From a virus (Duplodnaviria; Caudoviricetes), in IMG/VR virus record IMGVR_UViG_3300028283_000235, positions 1 to 54,678 of that record: DNA of 54,678 nt. The stretch is one strand, 5' to 3'. Positions 28,477 to 38,591 of this stretch are shown piece by piece. The position numbers and the translations under genes were made by a program. Under the pieces are notes generated by a model that saw only the letters and a list, made by a program, of their open reading frames with translations, searched no databases and was not told the origin of the DNA. Position 1 is the first letter of the stretch. Each line of letters starts with the position of its first letter.

Positions 28477-29336
28477 TATTTTTCGTTTAAAAGTTGTTCT
28501 TTATAAGTTGATAACATATCTGCTTTTTCCTTTGGTAAAACTGGATATTGTAAATCAAGTTCCTTCATTTTGTCTATGAGGATCTGTGAAACCAGAAGTC
28601 TTGCTAATTTTTTCTTATTACCAGGAACAACATACCAAGGAGATTTCTTTGTGGAAGTACCATTAATCATATCCTCGTAAGCTTCCATATAATTATCCCA
28701 ATAAGCTCTCTCCTTGAGGTCTGCATCAGAGAATTTCCAATTCTTTAACTTATCGTCAATTCTTTCAATAAGCCTTTCTTTCTGTTCATCTTTAGAAATG
28801 TTCAAGAAAATTTTAACAACTTCGATTCCATTACGTTGAAGATGATCCTCAAAACAACGAATATCCTTATATCTCTCTTCCCAAATATCTTTACCGATAA
28901 GAGATGGATGAATTTTTTGTTTTTCAACAAGGTTGTGAACTTTTACAACTAGCACTTCTTCGTAATAAGAACGATTGAATATACCTATATTACCACGTTC
29001 GGGTGCGAGTTTCTGAGCCTTCCATAACCAAGTGTGGTCCAGATCTTCAGCGGTTGGTTGTTTAAATGGATAAACGTTAGTAGCTTGTGGATTCAATCCA
29101 CTCATAACGTGTTTAATGATACCGTCTTTGCCACAAGTGTCCATTCCTTGTAAGATAATCAGCATTCCGTATTTGTCCTGCGCGTAGAGCATATCTTGCA
29201 TATGAGCAAGATCTCTAATACTTTCTACTAATTTAGTTTCAATTTCTTCTTTATCCAAATTAGTTTTAATTTCATTATTAAACTTAATTAATTTGAATTC
29301 TTTTAAACCTTCTATGGTATAGTCTTTAATTTTCAT
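28476..29336 (-). CDS. ppk2: Polyphosphate kinase 2 family (class III-like)
   Basis: LQGMDTCGKDG, FKQPT, FNRSYYEEVL, NWKFSDADLKER, PWYVVP. Confidence 0.92.
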   Translation of the reverse strand: MKIKDYTIEGLKEFKLIKFNNEIKTNLDKEEIETKLVESIRDLAHMQDMLYAQDKYGMLIILQGMDTCGKDGIIKHVMSGLNPQATNVYPFKQPTAEDLDHTWLWKAQKLAPERGNIGIFNRSYYEEVLVVKVHNLVEKQKIHPSLIGKDIWEERYKDIRCFEDHLQRNGIEVVKIFLNISKDEQKERLIERIDDKLKNWKFSDADLKERAYWDNYMEAYEDMINGTSTKKSPWYVVPGNKKKLARLLVSQILIDKMKELDLQYPVLPKEKADMLSTYKEQLLNEK

Positions 29337-29438
29337 ATTTTTTTTATTTCAAACAAAATTAAACATTTTTATTGAAATAAAAAAAGAAAAATATGACTTT
29401 TAATTATTAATATATAATAATAAATAATAAGAAGTAAT

Positions 29439-29606
29439 ATGAAAAAAGTTTTTAGTTTTTCAATTGATGATGATGTTATAAAGGATCTTGACGTTTATTG
29501 TAAAGAAGGCTTAATTACTAAATCAAAACTAATAAATAAAATATTGAGAGATTACATTGAAAAAAATAAAGAAGAACAACATGATAATCTACAAAGTAAC
29601 AAATGA
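29439..29606 (+). CDS. Ribbon-helix-helix (CopG-like) protein, 55 aa
   Basis: Below ORF-track cutoff; MKKVFSFSIDDDVIKDLDVYCKEGLITKSKLINKILRDYIEK; follows TAATATATA. Confidence 0.7.
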   Translation: MKKVFSFSIDDDVIKDLDVYCKEGLITKSKLINKILRDYIEKNKEEQHDNLQSNK

Positions 29607-30252
29607 AATAAATAACAAGATATACATAGGACAAACAGTGAACTCACTAGATAAGAGAAAGTCTCAGCATAAAGCAGATTCCAATAATAAAAAGAAATTG
29701 ATAAGATATTTCTATTTAGCAATAAATAAATACGGTTTTGATTGTTTTCAATGGGAAATTTTAACTGAAGCAAAAAATTTAGAAGAATTGAATGAATTAG
29801 AAAAATATTATATTCAATTATATGACAGTACTAACCCACAAAAAGGGTATAATATCTCAAAAGGCGGATTGGGAAGAGGAAATTATGAATATAGCAATGA
29901 AACTAGAGAAAAAATAAGCAAATCTTTGAAAGATAGGTATAAAAATGGATTGATCGTTTGGAATAAAGGAATAAAAACTAATAAATCTTCTTGGAATAAA
30001 GGGTTGAAATTTAATCACACACAAGAATCGAAGAAAAAAATATCTAATTCTCAAATAATTCCAATCTTTATGATTGATAAAAGTGGTAATAAAACAAAAT
30101 ATTCATCTTTAAAAGAATGCGTCGAAAAAATTGGAATAAATAGATTTACTATTCAAAATTGTATAAAAAATAATCAACCCATTAAAAAAGGAAAGAATAA
30201 AGGTATTAGATTCGAGCACTCTTCCAATAAAAAATCAAAATTTAATTTATAA
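29581..30252 (+). CDS. GIY-YIG homing endonuclease with NUMOD motifs
   Basis: MIIYKVTNEINNKIYIGQT, AINKYG, GYNISKGG, WNKG x2, HTQESKKKIS. Confidence 0.9.
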   Translation: MIIYKVTNEINNKIYIGQTVNSLDKRKSQHKADSNNKKKLIRYFYLAINKYGFDCFQWEILTEAKNLEELNELEKYYIQLYDSTNPQKGYNISKGGLGRGNYEYSNETREKISKSLKDRYKNGLIVWNKGIKTNKSSWNKGLKFNHTQESKKKISNSQIIPIFMIDKSGNKTKYSSLKECVEKIGINRFTIQNCIKNNQPIKKGKNKGIRFEHSSNKKSKFNL

Positions 30253-30454
30253 TTTTTCTATATTTTCTATCGTATAAATCAATTTGTTCTTCCATTCTTT
30301 CAATTCCATCTCTGGACCCATCATGTGAACCAGATCCATCTGCATATATTTTAGAACCACATCTTTCACAATAGATATAATCCTTTATTTCACCAACTTG
30401 TTGTTGTTCAGTTCCACATGATAAACAGAAATTTATTTTCATTTTCATTTTCAT
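30242..30454 (-). CDS. Small Zn-ribbon protein
   Basis: CLSCG...CERCG. Confidence 0.55.
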   Translation of the reverse strand: MKMKMKINFCLSCGTEQQQVGEIKDYIYCERCGSKIYADGSGSHDGSRDGIERMEEQIDLYDRKYRKIIN

Positions 30455-30468
30455 AAAACTATTTTCTT

Positions 30469-30705
30469 TTATCCGATTAAAATAATTTGTTCGTTGCTTT
30501 CATATGGTTTATCATTCAAGTAATCCAAATCAGAAGTTAAATGTACTACATTGTTAAGTTCTCCCTTCTGAATTGACCAAGATCCATTCTCCCCATCAAA
30601 GGCTACTATTAAATTCGGATTATGTGCTTCATATACTTGAAGATATACTATCAAATCTCTAACTGTACAATTTTTTTTCATATCTTTATTTGCTACTATT
30701 ACCAT
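30469..30705 (-). CDS. Hypothetical protein
   Basis: Overlaps the prs 3' end. Confidence 0.5.
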   Translation of the reverse strand: MVIVANKDMKKNCTVRDLIVYLQVYEAHNPNLIVAFDGENGSWSIQKGELNNVVHLTSDLDYLNDKPYESNEQIILIG

Positions 30706-31636
30706 TTAAAAATAACTTACTAATTGATTTGTAGTCAACAATATTTCTGATAGCCCTTGATAAAAGAGTTCCCACAGAAATAACTGTAATCTTTTCAGAT
30801 TTTTCTCTCAGCGCAATTGTATCAGTAACAATGAGTTCCGTTAGAGCTGATTTTGTTATGTTTTCATAAGCGTGTCCACTCATAACTGGGTGAGTACAAA
30901 CCGCTCTCACACTCATTGCCCCTTTTTCCATCATCAGAGCTGCACATCTACAAAGAGTTCCACCAGTGTCGATAATATCATCAACAATAATTACGTGTTT
31001 CCCTTTAACGTCACCGATGAGTAACATTTCATCTATCTCGTTGGCTTTTGAACGATGTTTATAACAGATAACCATTTCTGCTCCAAGATGATTGGCTAGA
31101 TGTTTTGCCTTTTTAGTTCCACCAAGGTCTGGTGATGCTACCACTATATTTTCTAATCCTAATTCTTTGAGATAAGGGACGAAAACGTATGAAGCGTATA
31201 ACTGATCAACTTTAATATCAAAGAAACCGACAATTTGGTCGGCGTGTAGGTCGATGGTTATAACTCTTGTTGCCCCAGCGCTTTCGAGAAATTTCGCGAT
31301 TAATTTCGCACTAATACCAACTCTTGGTTGGTCTTTTCTATCTTGTCTACCGTAACCGTAGTAGGGGATAACAGCCACAATTTCTTTAGCTGATGCTTTC
31401 TTGGCTGCGTCTACCATTTGGAATAACTCCCAATAATTTTCAAATGGTGCTTGACCTGATTGAATCAGGAACACTTTTCTACCTCTGATATTTTCTTTAA
31501 AGACTGGTAGAATTTCACCATCAGAGAACTTCTGAAGTTCGTATTGTCCCAATCCTATTTTCAGGTTTCTGGCCACAATTTTAGCTAATTCAGTGCTACC
31601 ACTACCTGCGAAAACCTTAACCTTTTTCTTATTCAT
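30686..31636 (-). CDS. prs: Ribose-phosphate pyrophosphokinase
   Basis: FSDGE, PYYGYGRQDRK, DLHADQI, SPDLGG, IVDDIIDTGGTL, THPV; ATG 31636 preferred because the upstream GTG overlaps a TATCTTTG box. Confidence 0.96.
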   Translation of the reverse strand: MNKKKVKVFAGSGSTELAKIVARNLKIGLGQYELQKFSDGEILPVFKENIRGRKVFLIQSGQAPFENYWELFQMVDAAKKASAKEIVAVIPYYGYGRQDRKDQPRVGISAKLIAKFLESAGATRVITIDLHADQIVGFFDIKVDQLYASYVFVPYLKELGLENIVVASPDLGGTKKAKHLANHLGAEMVICYKHRSKANEIDEMLLIGDVKGKHVIIVDDIIDTGGTLCRCAALMMEKGAMSVRAVCTHPVMSGHAYENITKSALTELIVTDTIALREKSEKITVISVGTLLSRAIRNIVDYKSISKLFLNGNSSK

Positions 31637-31768
31637 AAAGTGTGTTTTTGATTTATACTCAAAAAACTGAACTTTGTTTCCAAACACAAAGATAAAAATA
31701 AATTTTAATATAAAAAATTAATTGAACTAATATCTTTTAATATATACCAGCAAATTACATTATAATAA

Positions 31769-32941
31769 ATGGCCACACAACTTGAACAATTACCTATAAA
31801 CATTGAAAAGTTAATGGATAAAGTTTACAAATTAACTTCTAAAACTTTTTTAGTTCCACCTATGCCGTCAATAGATATAAAACCTTTTCTTATGACTGAT
31901 AGACAAATAGCTAAGAAAATTATTTTAATTACCGCTGGATCTATTACTGCTGCTGGAAAAATAATAGAAACTGGTACAGTAGCAGCTGGTAGTACTGTAG
32001 CAGGGGCCAATACTCTTGGAGCTGGTATTAATCCAAGTGGATTGAATAATGTTACTAATAGCAACGAGATGGCAATGGCTATGAATGCATCTAGAATGCT
32101 TGGTCAATATGTTACACCAGAATCCGCCCACTTTATAGTTTACGGAAAATTTAAAAGAGACGCAAATGGTAAATTAATAGATAATGAAATTCAAGATCCA
32201 GATTGTGTACTAACAAAAATAGCAATGCCTTCATCACACCCCACAATGTCTAGTATTAAAGTTATGATTTCACAAGTTACTAAAGTGTTAAAGATGATGG
32301 GCATAAAACAAGCACAATTACTAGATGATATCGCACAATCAACTATAGCAATCGCGGCTTCGATTACATCAATAGCTTCAGCCGCAGCCATATTACCACC
32401 AGGCGCAGGTATTCCTGTCGCTTTTGCCGCTTTCCAAGGATTAATGGCAAATATAATGGCTTTAGTCGCTAAAATACCAGGAGTAACACAGGATATGGAA
32501 TATCTAAATTATCTTCCACTTTTAGTAGAAGTCGAAAAAATAGACGCCGTTATAGGATTAGTAAATATACAAATAATAGCACTTAATACTATATTAAGCA
32601 CAATAGACGGATTAACAAAAATTCTACCTAGCGTACCAACACCACCAGGGGTTGGAAACGAACCAGGTAATCCTGTCACTATCGAAGTTACAGCAACACC
32701 AAATTCAATAACACGCGGCGTACCTGTTGGTGGTCAGGATGTTACATTAAAAGCAACTGCTTCAAATGGGTCTTGGGAGTTTGATTACAACTGGTCTGGT
32801 CCTAATGGATTTAATTGGGACGAAAAAGAAGTAACCATACAAGGTGGCCCATTTGAAACTAGCACTTACACCTGTACTGCTACAGATAAAAAAGATAGCG
32901 CCAACAGTGCTTCTGGGAGTGTAACTGTTACGGTTATTTAA
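31769..32941 (+). CDS. Probable virion protein with hydrophobic helical region and C-terminal Ig/PKD-like domain
   Basis: Late-type promoter; AAAILPPGAGIP segment; YNWSGPNGF...TYTCTATD...SVTVTV. Confidence 0.55.
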   Translation: MATQLEQLPINIEKLMDKVYKLTSKTFLVPPMPSIDIKPFLMTDRQIAKKIILITAGSITAAGKIIETGTVAAGSTVAGANTLGAGINPSGLNNVTNSNEMAMAMNASRMLGQYVTPESAHFIVYGKFKRDANGKLIDNEIQDPDCVLTKIAMPSSHPTMSSIKVMISQVTKVLKMMGIKQAQLLDDIAQSTIAIAASITSIASAAAILPPGAGIPVAFAAFQGLMANIMALVAKIPGVTQDMEYLNYLPLLVEVEKIDAVIGLVNIQIIALNTILSTIDGLTKILPSVPTPPGVGNEPGNPVTIEVTATPNSITRGVPVGGQDVTLKATASNGSWEFDYNWSGPNGFNWDEKEVTIQGGPFETSTYTCTATDKKDSANSASGSVTVTVI

Positions 32942-33690
32942 AGATCAATCTTGTAGAAAATATCACATACTGCGTTACAATCACAATAAGTAACCTTAGT
33001 AAGATCGTAGAAATCATAAGTCCTAGGACAAGGTACTGGAGTATGTCCAACAATCTGGTGATAACCAGCTAATGGTTTGGTATAAGTTTCGATCTTATCA
33101 GCCCAAAGAGGACCACCAACCTTGTTGTGTCCACCACGATGATGGCTAACCATAAAGATAGCAGGATGCTTAAATTCATACATCAAATTCAAAAGATCCG
33201 CGATATTTTTACAATCTCCAAGAAAATCCCTGAAACGAGTTTCCTCTGTTCCGTTAAGGATAGGTTGAACGTGATATTGGTACCAACCTTTATGGATACC
33301 AGCGTGGGTCCAAATTGTATTCTTGTACTGGTAAGCGATCTTGAATAAATCACGATTTTCGTGAAAAAGTTGATAAAGATCTGGTCCCATTTCTGGACGA
33401 TGTCCACTGATACCATTATCATTCATGATATAAGCAACGTCGTGATTACCAAGAAGTAACTCAACATTATCAGGATAGTCTTTCTTTAATTGGATGATTT
33501 CCTTTAAATTGTGGAGGATTTCAACGTTGCTTAATCCCCAATCATCAACGTAATCCCCTAAAAATACAACCTTATTTATTGTAAAATTGATATTACAGTA
33601 CATTATTTCACCAGTATCTTCGTTGATGCGATACACTGCATTTTTCCATTTATCATGGCCGTGGACGTCTCCAATTGTAACGATTTTCAT
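32938..33690 (-). CDS. Calcineurin-like metallophosphoesterase
   Basis: GDVHG, GDYVD, GNHD, THAG, GHTP. Confidence 0.92.
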   Translation of the reverse strand: MKIVTIGDVHGHDKWKNAVYRINEDTGEIMYCNINFTINKVVFLGDYVDDWGLSNVEILHNLKEIIQLKKDYPDNVELLLGNHDVAYIMNDNGISGHRPEMGPDLYQLFHENRDLFKIAYQYKNTIWTHAGIHKGWYQYHVQPILNGTEETRFRDFLGDCKNIADLLNLMYEFKHPAIFMVSHHRGGHNKVGGPLWADKIETYTKPLAGYHQIVGHTPVPCPRTYDFYDLTKVTYCDCNAVCDIFYKIDL

Positions 33691-33695
33691 TTTTA

Positions 33696-34493
33696 TTAAT
33701 TATAAATCCAAGTAGTATCTGGATATTTTATTGAATTTTTAGCTTTACCGTTAAGAATATTATTTAACGCCTTATAACTTATTTTTAACACATCGGAAGC
33801 TTCTTTAGCATTTAAATATTCTTTTATAAATATTCCATTTTTATATTCTTTTATTTTTCTATTACGTAGAATGATTTTGTCTCTGATAGAGTCGATTTTT
33901 ATTGGATAATTATCAAAATAATAGAAAAATCTAAATTCTTTTGTGTGTTCTGAATGATTTTTCAAACATGAAGATATTAAGTTTTTATTTATATTTAATA
34001 TAACAGAAGCAGTCTTAATGCCTTTTATTTCTTTAATGAAATTTCCGTCAATATCATATACTAGTATGTTCTTTTTAATATTTTCCAATGCTTTTTCGTC
34101 GTTCAATCTTTTGTGTCCTATTTTAAATTTTCCATTATTTTCTTTTTTACTAGATTCACTTATTTTTTTCTTTGTTTCCACGCTGTGTTTAAACCCAATC
34201 GGTAACCCATCTCCACCATCAGTTAAATTTGTTAAATTATAAATTTTTCTAAAATAATAAATCCAATATATTTCTCTATCGTTTAATTCATTCTCGTTAC
34301 ACAATTCCACTGTTCTTATTAAAGGTTTTAATCCATTTTCTTTTAAAGATTTGATCCAACTAGTTTTATGAGTAATTGATTTATCTCTACAATGATTCCA
34401 CAATCTTTTCTGTAAAAGAGATACAGTTTTTCCAACATATCTAACATCATTTGTGATTGGATCTATTAAAATATAAATTTGTGGAATTTTCAT
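33696..34493 (-). CDS. GIY-YIG homing endonuclease with NUMOD3/NUMOD1 repeats
   Basis: IYILIDP...RYVGKT, REIYWI, NLTDGGDG, HSVETKKKIS, GNFIKE x2. Confidence 0.88.
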   Translation of the reverse strand: MKIPQIYILIDPITNDVRYVGKTVSLLQKRLWNHCRDKSITHKTSWIKSLKENGLKPLIRTVELCNENELNDREIYWIYYFRKIYNLTNLTDGGDGLPIGFKHSVETKKKISESSKKENNGKFKIGHKRLNDEKALENIKKNILVYDIDGNFIKEIKGIKTASVILNINKNLISSCLKNHSEHTKEFRFFYYFDNYPIKIDSIRDKIILRNRKIKEYKNGIFIKEYLNAKEASDVLKISYKALNNILNGKAKNSIKYPDTTWIYN

Positions 34494-34588
34494 GTTTTTA
34501 CAAGTATATATTAATTTTTAATACCCAAAAAAACATAATATTCAATTTTATTTGTACAAAGATAGGGAAATTAAATTAAATTAAAAAA

Positions 34589-36094
34589 TTAACTGGTTTT
34601 TTTACGAAACCTTCCCATCTTATCTCTATAATATGTTGGATGATAATCTTCTTTATCCATAGGCTCTCCCCAATCATCGAGGTTTTCCGCTGGTTTAATT
34701 CTTGGTTGTAATTGATCTTTTTCATCTGAAATTTTAGTGTTCTGATCAACAACAACTTTTGGTTCTAGTTGGACCACAGGTTGTGGAACCTTATCTGTTA
34801 GTTTATCAAGATCTTCTTCCGTTAAATAAAAACTACCTTTTTCATCATATGGTGGCATTGTGCTTCTTTGAGCCATAATAAGTTTTCCATCAGCGTCTAT
34901 ATTTTTAGCCCAAGTATAATGTGGGAAATAATGGCATAACGCTTCGTATTCTTCATTTGTTAACGGCCTTTTAAAAGGTTGCTTTGGATTAACTGATCCA
35001 CTTGATTTTCTTGGATCAATATCTATTTTTGGTGTATGAGACTTTTCTTCCTCTAGTCTTTCTTTAACATATTTCTTTGGGCAAAAAGCGTGATAAGTAT
35101 TTACCCAACTATAATTACAGTACGGTGACGGTAAACTACTAGGATTATCTGTTAATAAATTATGTTCAAAATTCACATACATAGAATCAAAAGGACAATA
35201 ATAAGTAAATCTTGTTTCTAAAGATATACACAAACCACTATAATTAGGACCACCCTGTTTTACTACAGCATTTGGGTATTTCTTTCTTAAATAATCTAAC
35301 ATCATAACATCATATTTTCCACTTACACCGTAATAATTTCCCCACACAGTATGAAATTCGCCTTTCTTCCATAATTTACTATCACATACCTGAATACCTT
35401 GTTGGAAAGATCTTCTAGCCATAATAACACCATTATCCCAAACTACAACTACCCCGCATTGTTCAGGATTTTTAGTATAAATATCGAATTCACTAACTTT
35501 AGGTTCTGTGTATTTTCCAAAACTATTTTCAGCCTGATGGAAATTAGCACAACTATATCCAAAATTCTTTGATAATTCCTTCTTATAATTATAAGCTCTC
35601 AAAGAATCCATACCTCTGAATTCCTCTACTCTACAAGATGTATCCTTTACACTTGCTAATTTATTCACAAACGCTTCAATATCAGTCTGTTTAATGTTAG
35701 TATTAATATATTGTTCGTTAAAAATTTCCTTTAAAACTTTAGTTGCTTTCATCTTGACTCTTCTTGTAGAAGACCATTTATCTGGTGATTCATCGAAATA
35801 TCTGGATTTCAAAAAAGAAATATTACCTTCATCATCAATATCAAGGTAGTTAACTGGATCTTTTGCCAAATACTTCCTAGTAACTCCGCCTTCTAATTTT
35901 GATAAAAGTTCAGCAACTTTATAACTGTCCTTCATAGAAGAAATAAGTTTCTTTAATTTTTCAGATATATGAAAATTAACCACTTCTTCTGGATCAATAG
36001 CAACAGGCTCAGGTCTAACATATACTGGTTTAACATCTTGATCTAAACCTTCGTTTAAAAATTGTAAAAATTTTCTAATTCTAGTCATATACAA
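34589..36094 (-). CDS. Divergent SCM-family protein 5 (SCANF variant)
   Basis: NISFLKS, W...RRVK, DIEAFVN, GYSCANF, YTKNPEQC, YCPFDSM, collinear with family members 1-4. Confidence 0.7.
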   Translation of the reverse strand: MYMTRIRKFLQFLNEGLDQDVKPVYVRPEPVAIDPEEVVNFHISEKLKKLISSMKDSYKVAELLSKLEGGVTRKYLAKDPVNYLDIDDEGNISFLKSRYFDESPDKWSSTRRVKMKATKVLKEIFNEQYINTNIKQTDIEAFVNKLASVKDTSCRVEEFRGMDSLRAYNYKKELSKNFGYSCANFHQAENSFGKYTEPKVSEFDIYTKNPEQCGVVVVWDNGVIMARRSFQQGIQVCDSKLWKKGEFHTVWGNYYGVSGKYDVMMLDYLRKKYPNAVVKQGGPNYSGLCISLETRFTYYCPFDSMYVNFEHNLLTDNPSSLPSPYCNYSWVNTYHAFCPKKYVKERLEEEKSHTPKIDIDPRKSSGSVNPKQPFKRPLTNEEYEALCHYFPHYTWAKNIDADGKLIMAQRSTMPPYDEKGSFYLTEEDLDKLTDKVPQPVVQLEPKVVVDQNTKISDEKDQLQPRIKPAENLDDWGEPMDKEDYHPTYYRDKMGRFRKKTS

Positions 36095-37411
36095 TTATTT
36101 CTTTTCTTCTTCTACGTGTTTAATATTTTTGGGATTACAAGCGAATAATTTACCCGTTTCGTCCCATCTTATTCTATATTTACCATCTTCTCTAGTCTCA
36201 ACAAAAACTGCTGTTTTACCAAAATAGTCTGGTTTTTCTGCAACTACTTCTTCGTCTTTAGCTTTACCTGCTTTTGGAGCTTTAGCAGCCTTAGGCTGTC
36301 TTACGTAAACAACTTTTTCACCAGGTAAAAATGGTCTTGGTGGTGGAGGTGGTGGCGGTACTTCTGGCATTGGTTCTGGTTCTAATTCACCTTTTTCTTC
36401 TTTAATTCTTCTATTAACTAAATCTTTAGGACAATGAGCGTGATAAGTGCCAACCCATCTTAAATTCTTTGGGTACCCTTCTTTTTCTAAAGATTGGTTT
36501 CGTCCACCATATCCATCAGATAATAAATTGTATTCAAAACAAACATTCATACTATCGAACGGACAGTATTCAGCAAACCTTGTTTCCATTTTTATAACAA
36601 AATTACCACCACCCATTGATGCTGCGTTATATTTATTTATAAGATAATCAGTTACTAATTTATCAAACTTTCCCCCTCTACCAGCCACACCGTAACCGTT
36701 TCCATATACTGTGGCCAAATCTCCTTTTTTAAATTTTCCTCCATCTATTAAGTTAGCACCTTGTTGAAAGGAACGTCTGTACATAACTTTACCATTTTCC
36801 ATAATTACAACAACACCACAATTTTCAGGGTTCTTCACATATACATCGTATTGTGCCAGTGTTGGTTCGGCGTGACCTCCGAAATTATTTTTCCTTTGGT
36901 GAAAATTAGCACAAGTGTAACCAAAATCTTTAGCACATTCTTCTGTGTAATTATAAGCTCTCAATAAATCTTTACCTCTCCATTCTAATATTTGAACACC
37001 TTTTTTGGCTTTTATTGCGGCCAATTTAGCGAGATATGTTTCAACATCAGTGTCCTTAATGTTAGCTTTTGAAAAATCTTCACTGAAAGTGTCTCTTAAC
37101 ACTTTTCCAGTTTTTTGTTTTATTCTTCTTTTAGTTGCCCAAAAGTCACCATCTGGAAAATATCTAGATTTCAAATAACTCACGTAATCACCGTCGTCTT
37201 CCAATTCAAAATAATTTGCTGGATCCTTTGATAAATCAGCTTTATTTACGCCTTCACCCAATTTTAAAAATAGATCAGCTATCTTATATTCTTTTCTTAA
37301 AGGGGTTAAAAACTTAATCATTTTATCAGATAAATGTAATTTAACCACTTCTGGTTCTCCTACTCCATCTTCAACTAATTCATTTAAAAACTGATTATAT
37401 TTCTTTACCAT
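36095..37411 (-). CDS. Divergent SCM-family protein 6 with Pro linker and C-terminal SH3/KOW-like domain
   Basis: GYTCANF, YVKNPENC, YCPFDSM, PPPPPPP, FLPGEKVVYV. Confidence 0.7.
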   Translation of the reverse strand: MVKKYNQFLNELVEDGVGEPEVVKLHLSDKMIKFLTPLRKEYKIADLFLKLGEGVNKADLSKDPANYFELEDDGDYVSYLKSRYFPDGDFWATKRRIKQKTGKVLRDTFSEDFSKANIKDTDVETYLAKLAAIKAKKGVQILEWRGKDLLRAYNYTEECAKDFGYTCANFHQRKNNFGGHAEPTLAQYDVYVKNPENCGVVVIMENGKVMYRRSFQQGANLIDGGKFKKGDLATVYGNGYGVAGRGGKFDKLVTDYLINKYNAASMGGGNFVIKMETRFAEYCPFDSMNVCFEYNLLSDGYGGRNQSLEKEGYPKNLRWVGTYHAHCPKDLVNRRIKEEKGELEPEPMPEVPPPPPPPRPFLPGEKVVYVRQPKAAKAPKAGKAKDEEVVAEKPDYFGKTAVFVETREDGKYRIRWDETGKLFACNPKNIKHVEEEKK

Positions 37412-37425
37412 AGCTTTTTTATTTA

Positions 37426-38187
37426 TTATCTAGCCATCTTAAACCAAGATGTCGTACTTTGCTCTTTTATATAAGTCTTTACTTCTTCTACCATTTCCTT
37501 ACCTTGTGTTATAATATCATTAGCATTATATGTGAAGTTACCTGGCATGTTAAAATTAAATCTACCCAACAATTCACCCATTCTTGCTCTACAAGTTCCA
37601 ATTATAAATCTTTTAAACATTTCAAAATCAAAGAGTTCTTCCTCCTGTATTCTCACCCAACATTCCAACATAAGATTGGATTGATCCTCAATTGCCGATA
37701 AAAAGTGTAATCTTTTATTTATATGGTTAAAGTTATGAGCAATTGTATTTTTTGTGAGTTTATTGATTTCATCTGCGAAATAACTGATAGTTGATCTATA
37801 TAAGGCTAAATCACCAGCGGTAGTTACAAATGATGTTAAGAATGGTTGGTTAGTTACACCTAGGTTTATTGAAAGGTTTGGTGCTTGAATACCTAATCTA
37901 AATAAAGAAGTATCTTCCATTTTAACAATTTTAGTGATGGCTTCTACTTCTTCTGGTAGTTGGAAGTATTGGAAAGTAGCGTATGTTTCACGCATAAGAT
38001 GGTCGTATTTAACGAAGTAGTAAAATTTTTGAACAGCGAACTGGTAATTCTTATAGAACCATTCTAGAGTAATTTCTTTGATCATACGTTTAACTTCTTG
38101 ATCCGGTAACACTTTTGGAAGAGCTCCTGAAAAAGTTAAATCTTGTTGAACTATATCTATTAATTGTTCTAAAGTAATTGAAGCCAT
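37426..38187 (-). CDS. T4 gp13-like neck protein
   Basis: C-terminal MGELLGRFNFNMPGNFTYNANDIITQG resembles gp13 (WG.NL.KF..LPGG...NG..I); size and late promoter fit. Confidence 0.65.
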   Translation of the reverse strand: MASITLEQLIDIVQQDLTFSGALPKVLPDQEVKRMIKEITLEWFYKNYQFAVQKFYYFVKYDHLMRETYATFQYFQLPEEVEAITKIVKMEDTSLFRLGIQAPNLSINLGVTNQPFLTSFVTTAGDLALYRSTISYFADEINKLTKNTIAHNFNHINKRLHFLSAIEDQSNLMLECWVRIQEEELFDFEMFKRFIIGTCRARMGELLGRFNFNMPGNFTYNANDIITQGKEMVEEVKTYIKEQSTTSWFKMAR

Positions 38188-38226
38188 AATAACAATTTCT
38201 TTTTGCTATATATTAATTTATTATTA

Positions 38227-38529
38227 TCATTTTATAATTTCACAACAATCTCTTGGTATTAAATAACCAATTGTATTTGGATTTGGATCTGTATCTATTT
38301 CTGGATATACTACGTAACAAAATACATCGTGATATATCTCGGGTAAAGGGTCTTTAATCTCTGCTGTTTTACCAATAAAAGATCTAAATTTTTCTTTAAA
38401 CATACAGGCGTCTACGTAATCATTTAGTTTTGGTGTAATCTTCACAAGCACAGGACTAACATTTCCCCATTCGTCTTCTTCACCGTATGGATCTAAATCA
38501 TTTTCAAATAATTTGAAATTAGTTATCAT
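38227..38529 (-). CDS. Small probable internal head protein with DPYGEE motif
   Basis: MITNFKLFEN-DLDPYGEEDEW. Confidence 0.65.
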   Translation of the reverse strand: MITNFKLFENDLDPYGEEDEWGNVSPVLVKITPKLNDYVDACMFKEKFRSFIGKTAEIKDPLPEIYHDVFCYVVYPEIDTDPNPNTIGYLIPRDCCEIIK

Positions 38530-38591
38530 TATGTGGTTATATATTAAAAAATGATTACGAACTTTTAATATATAAAAATAAAAAATCTGCG

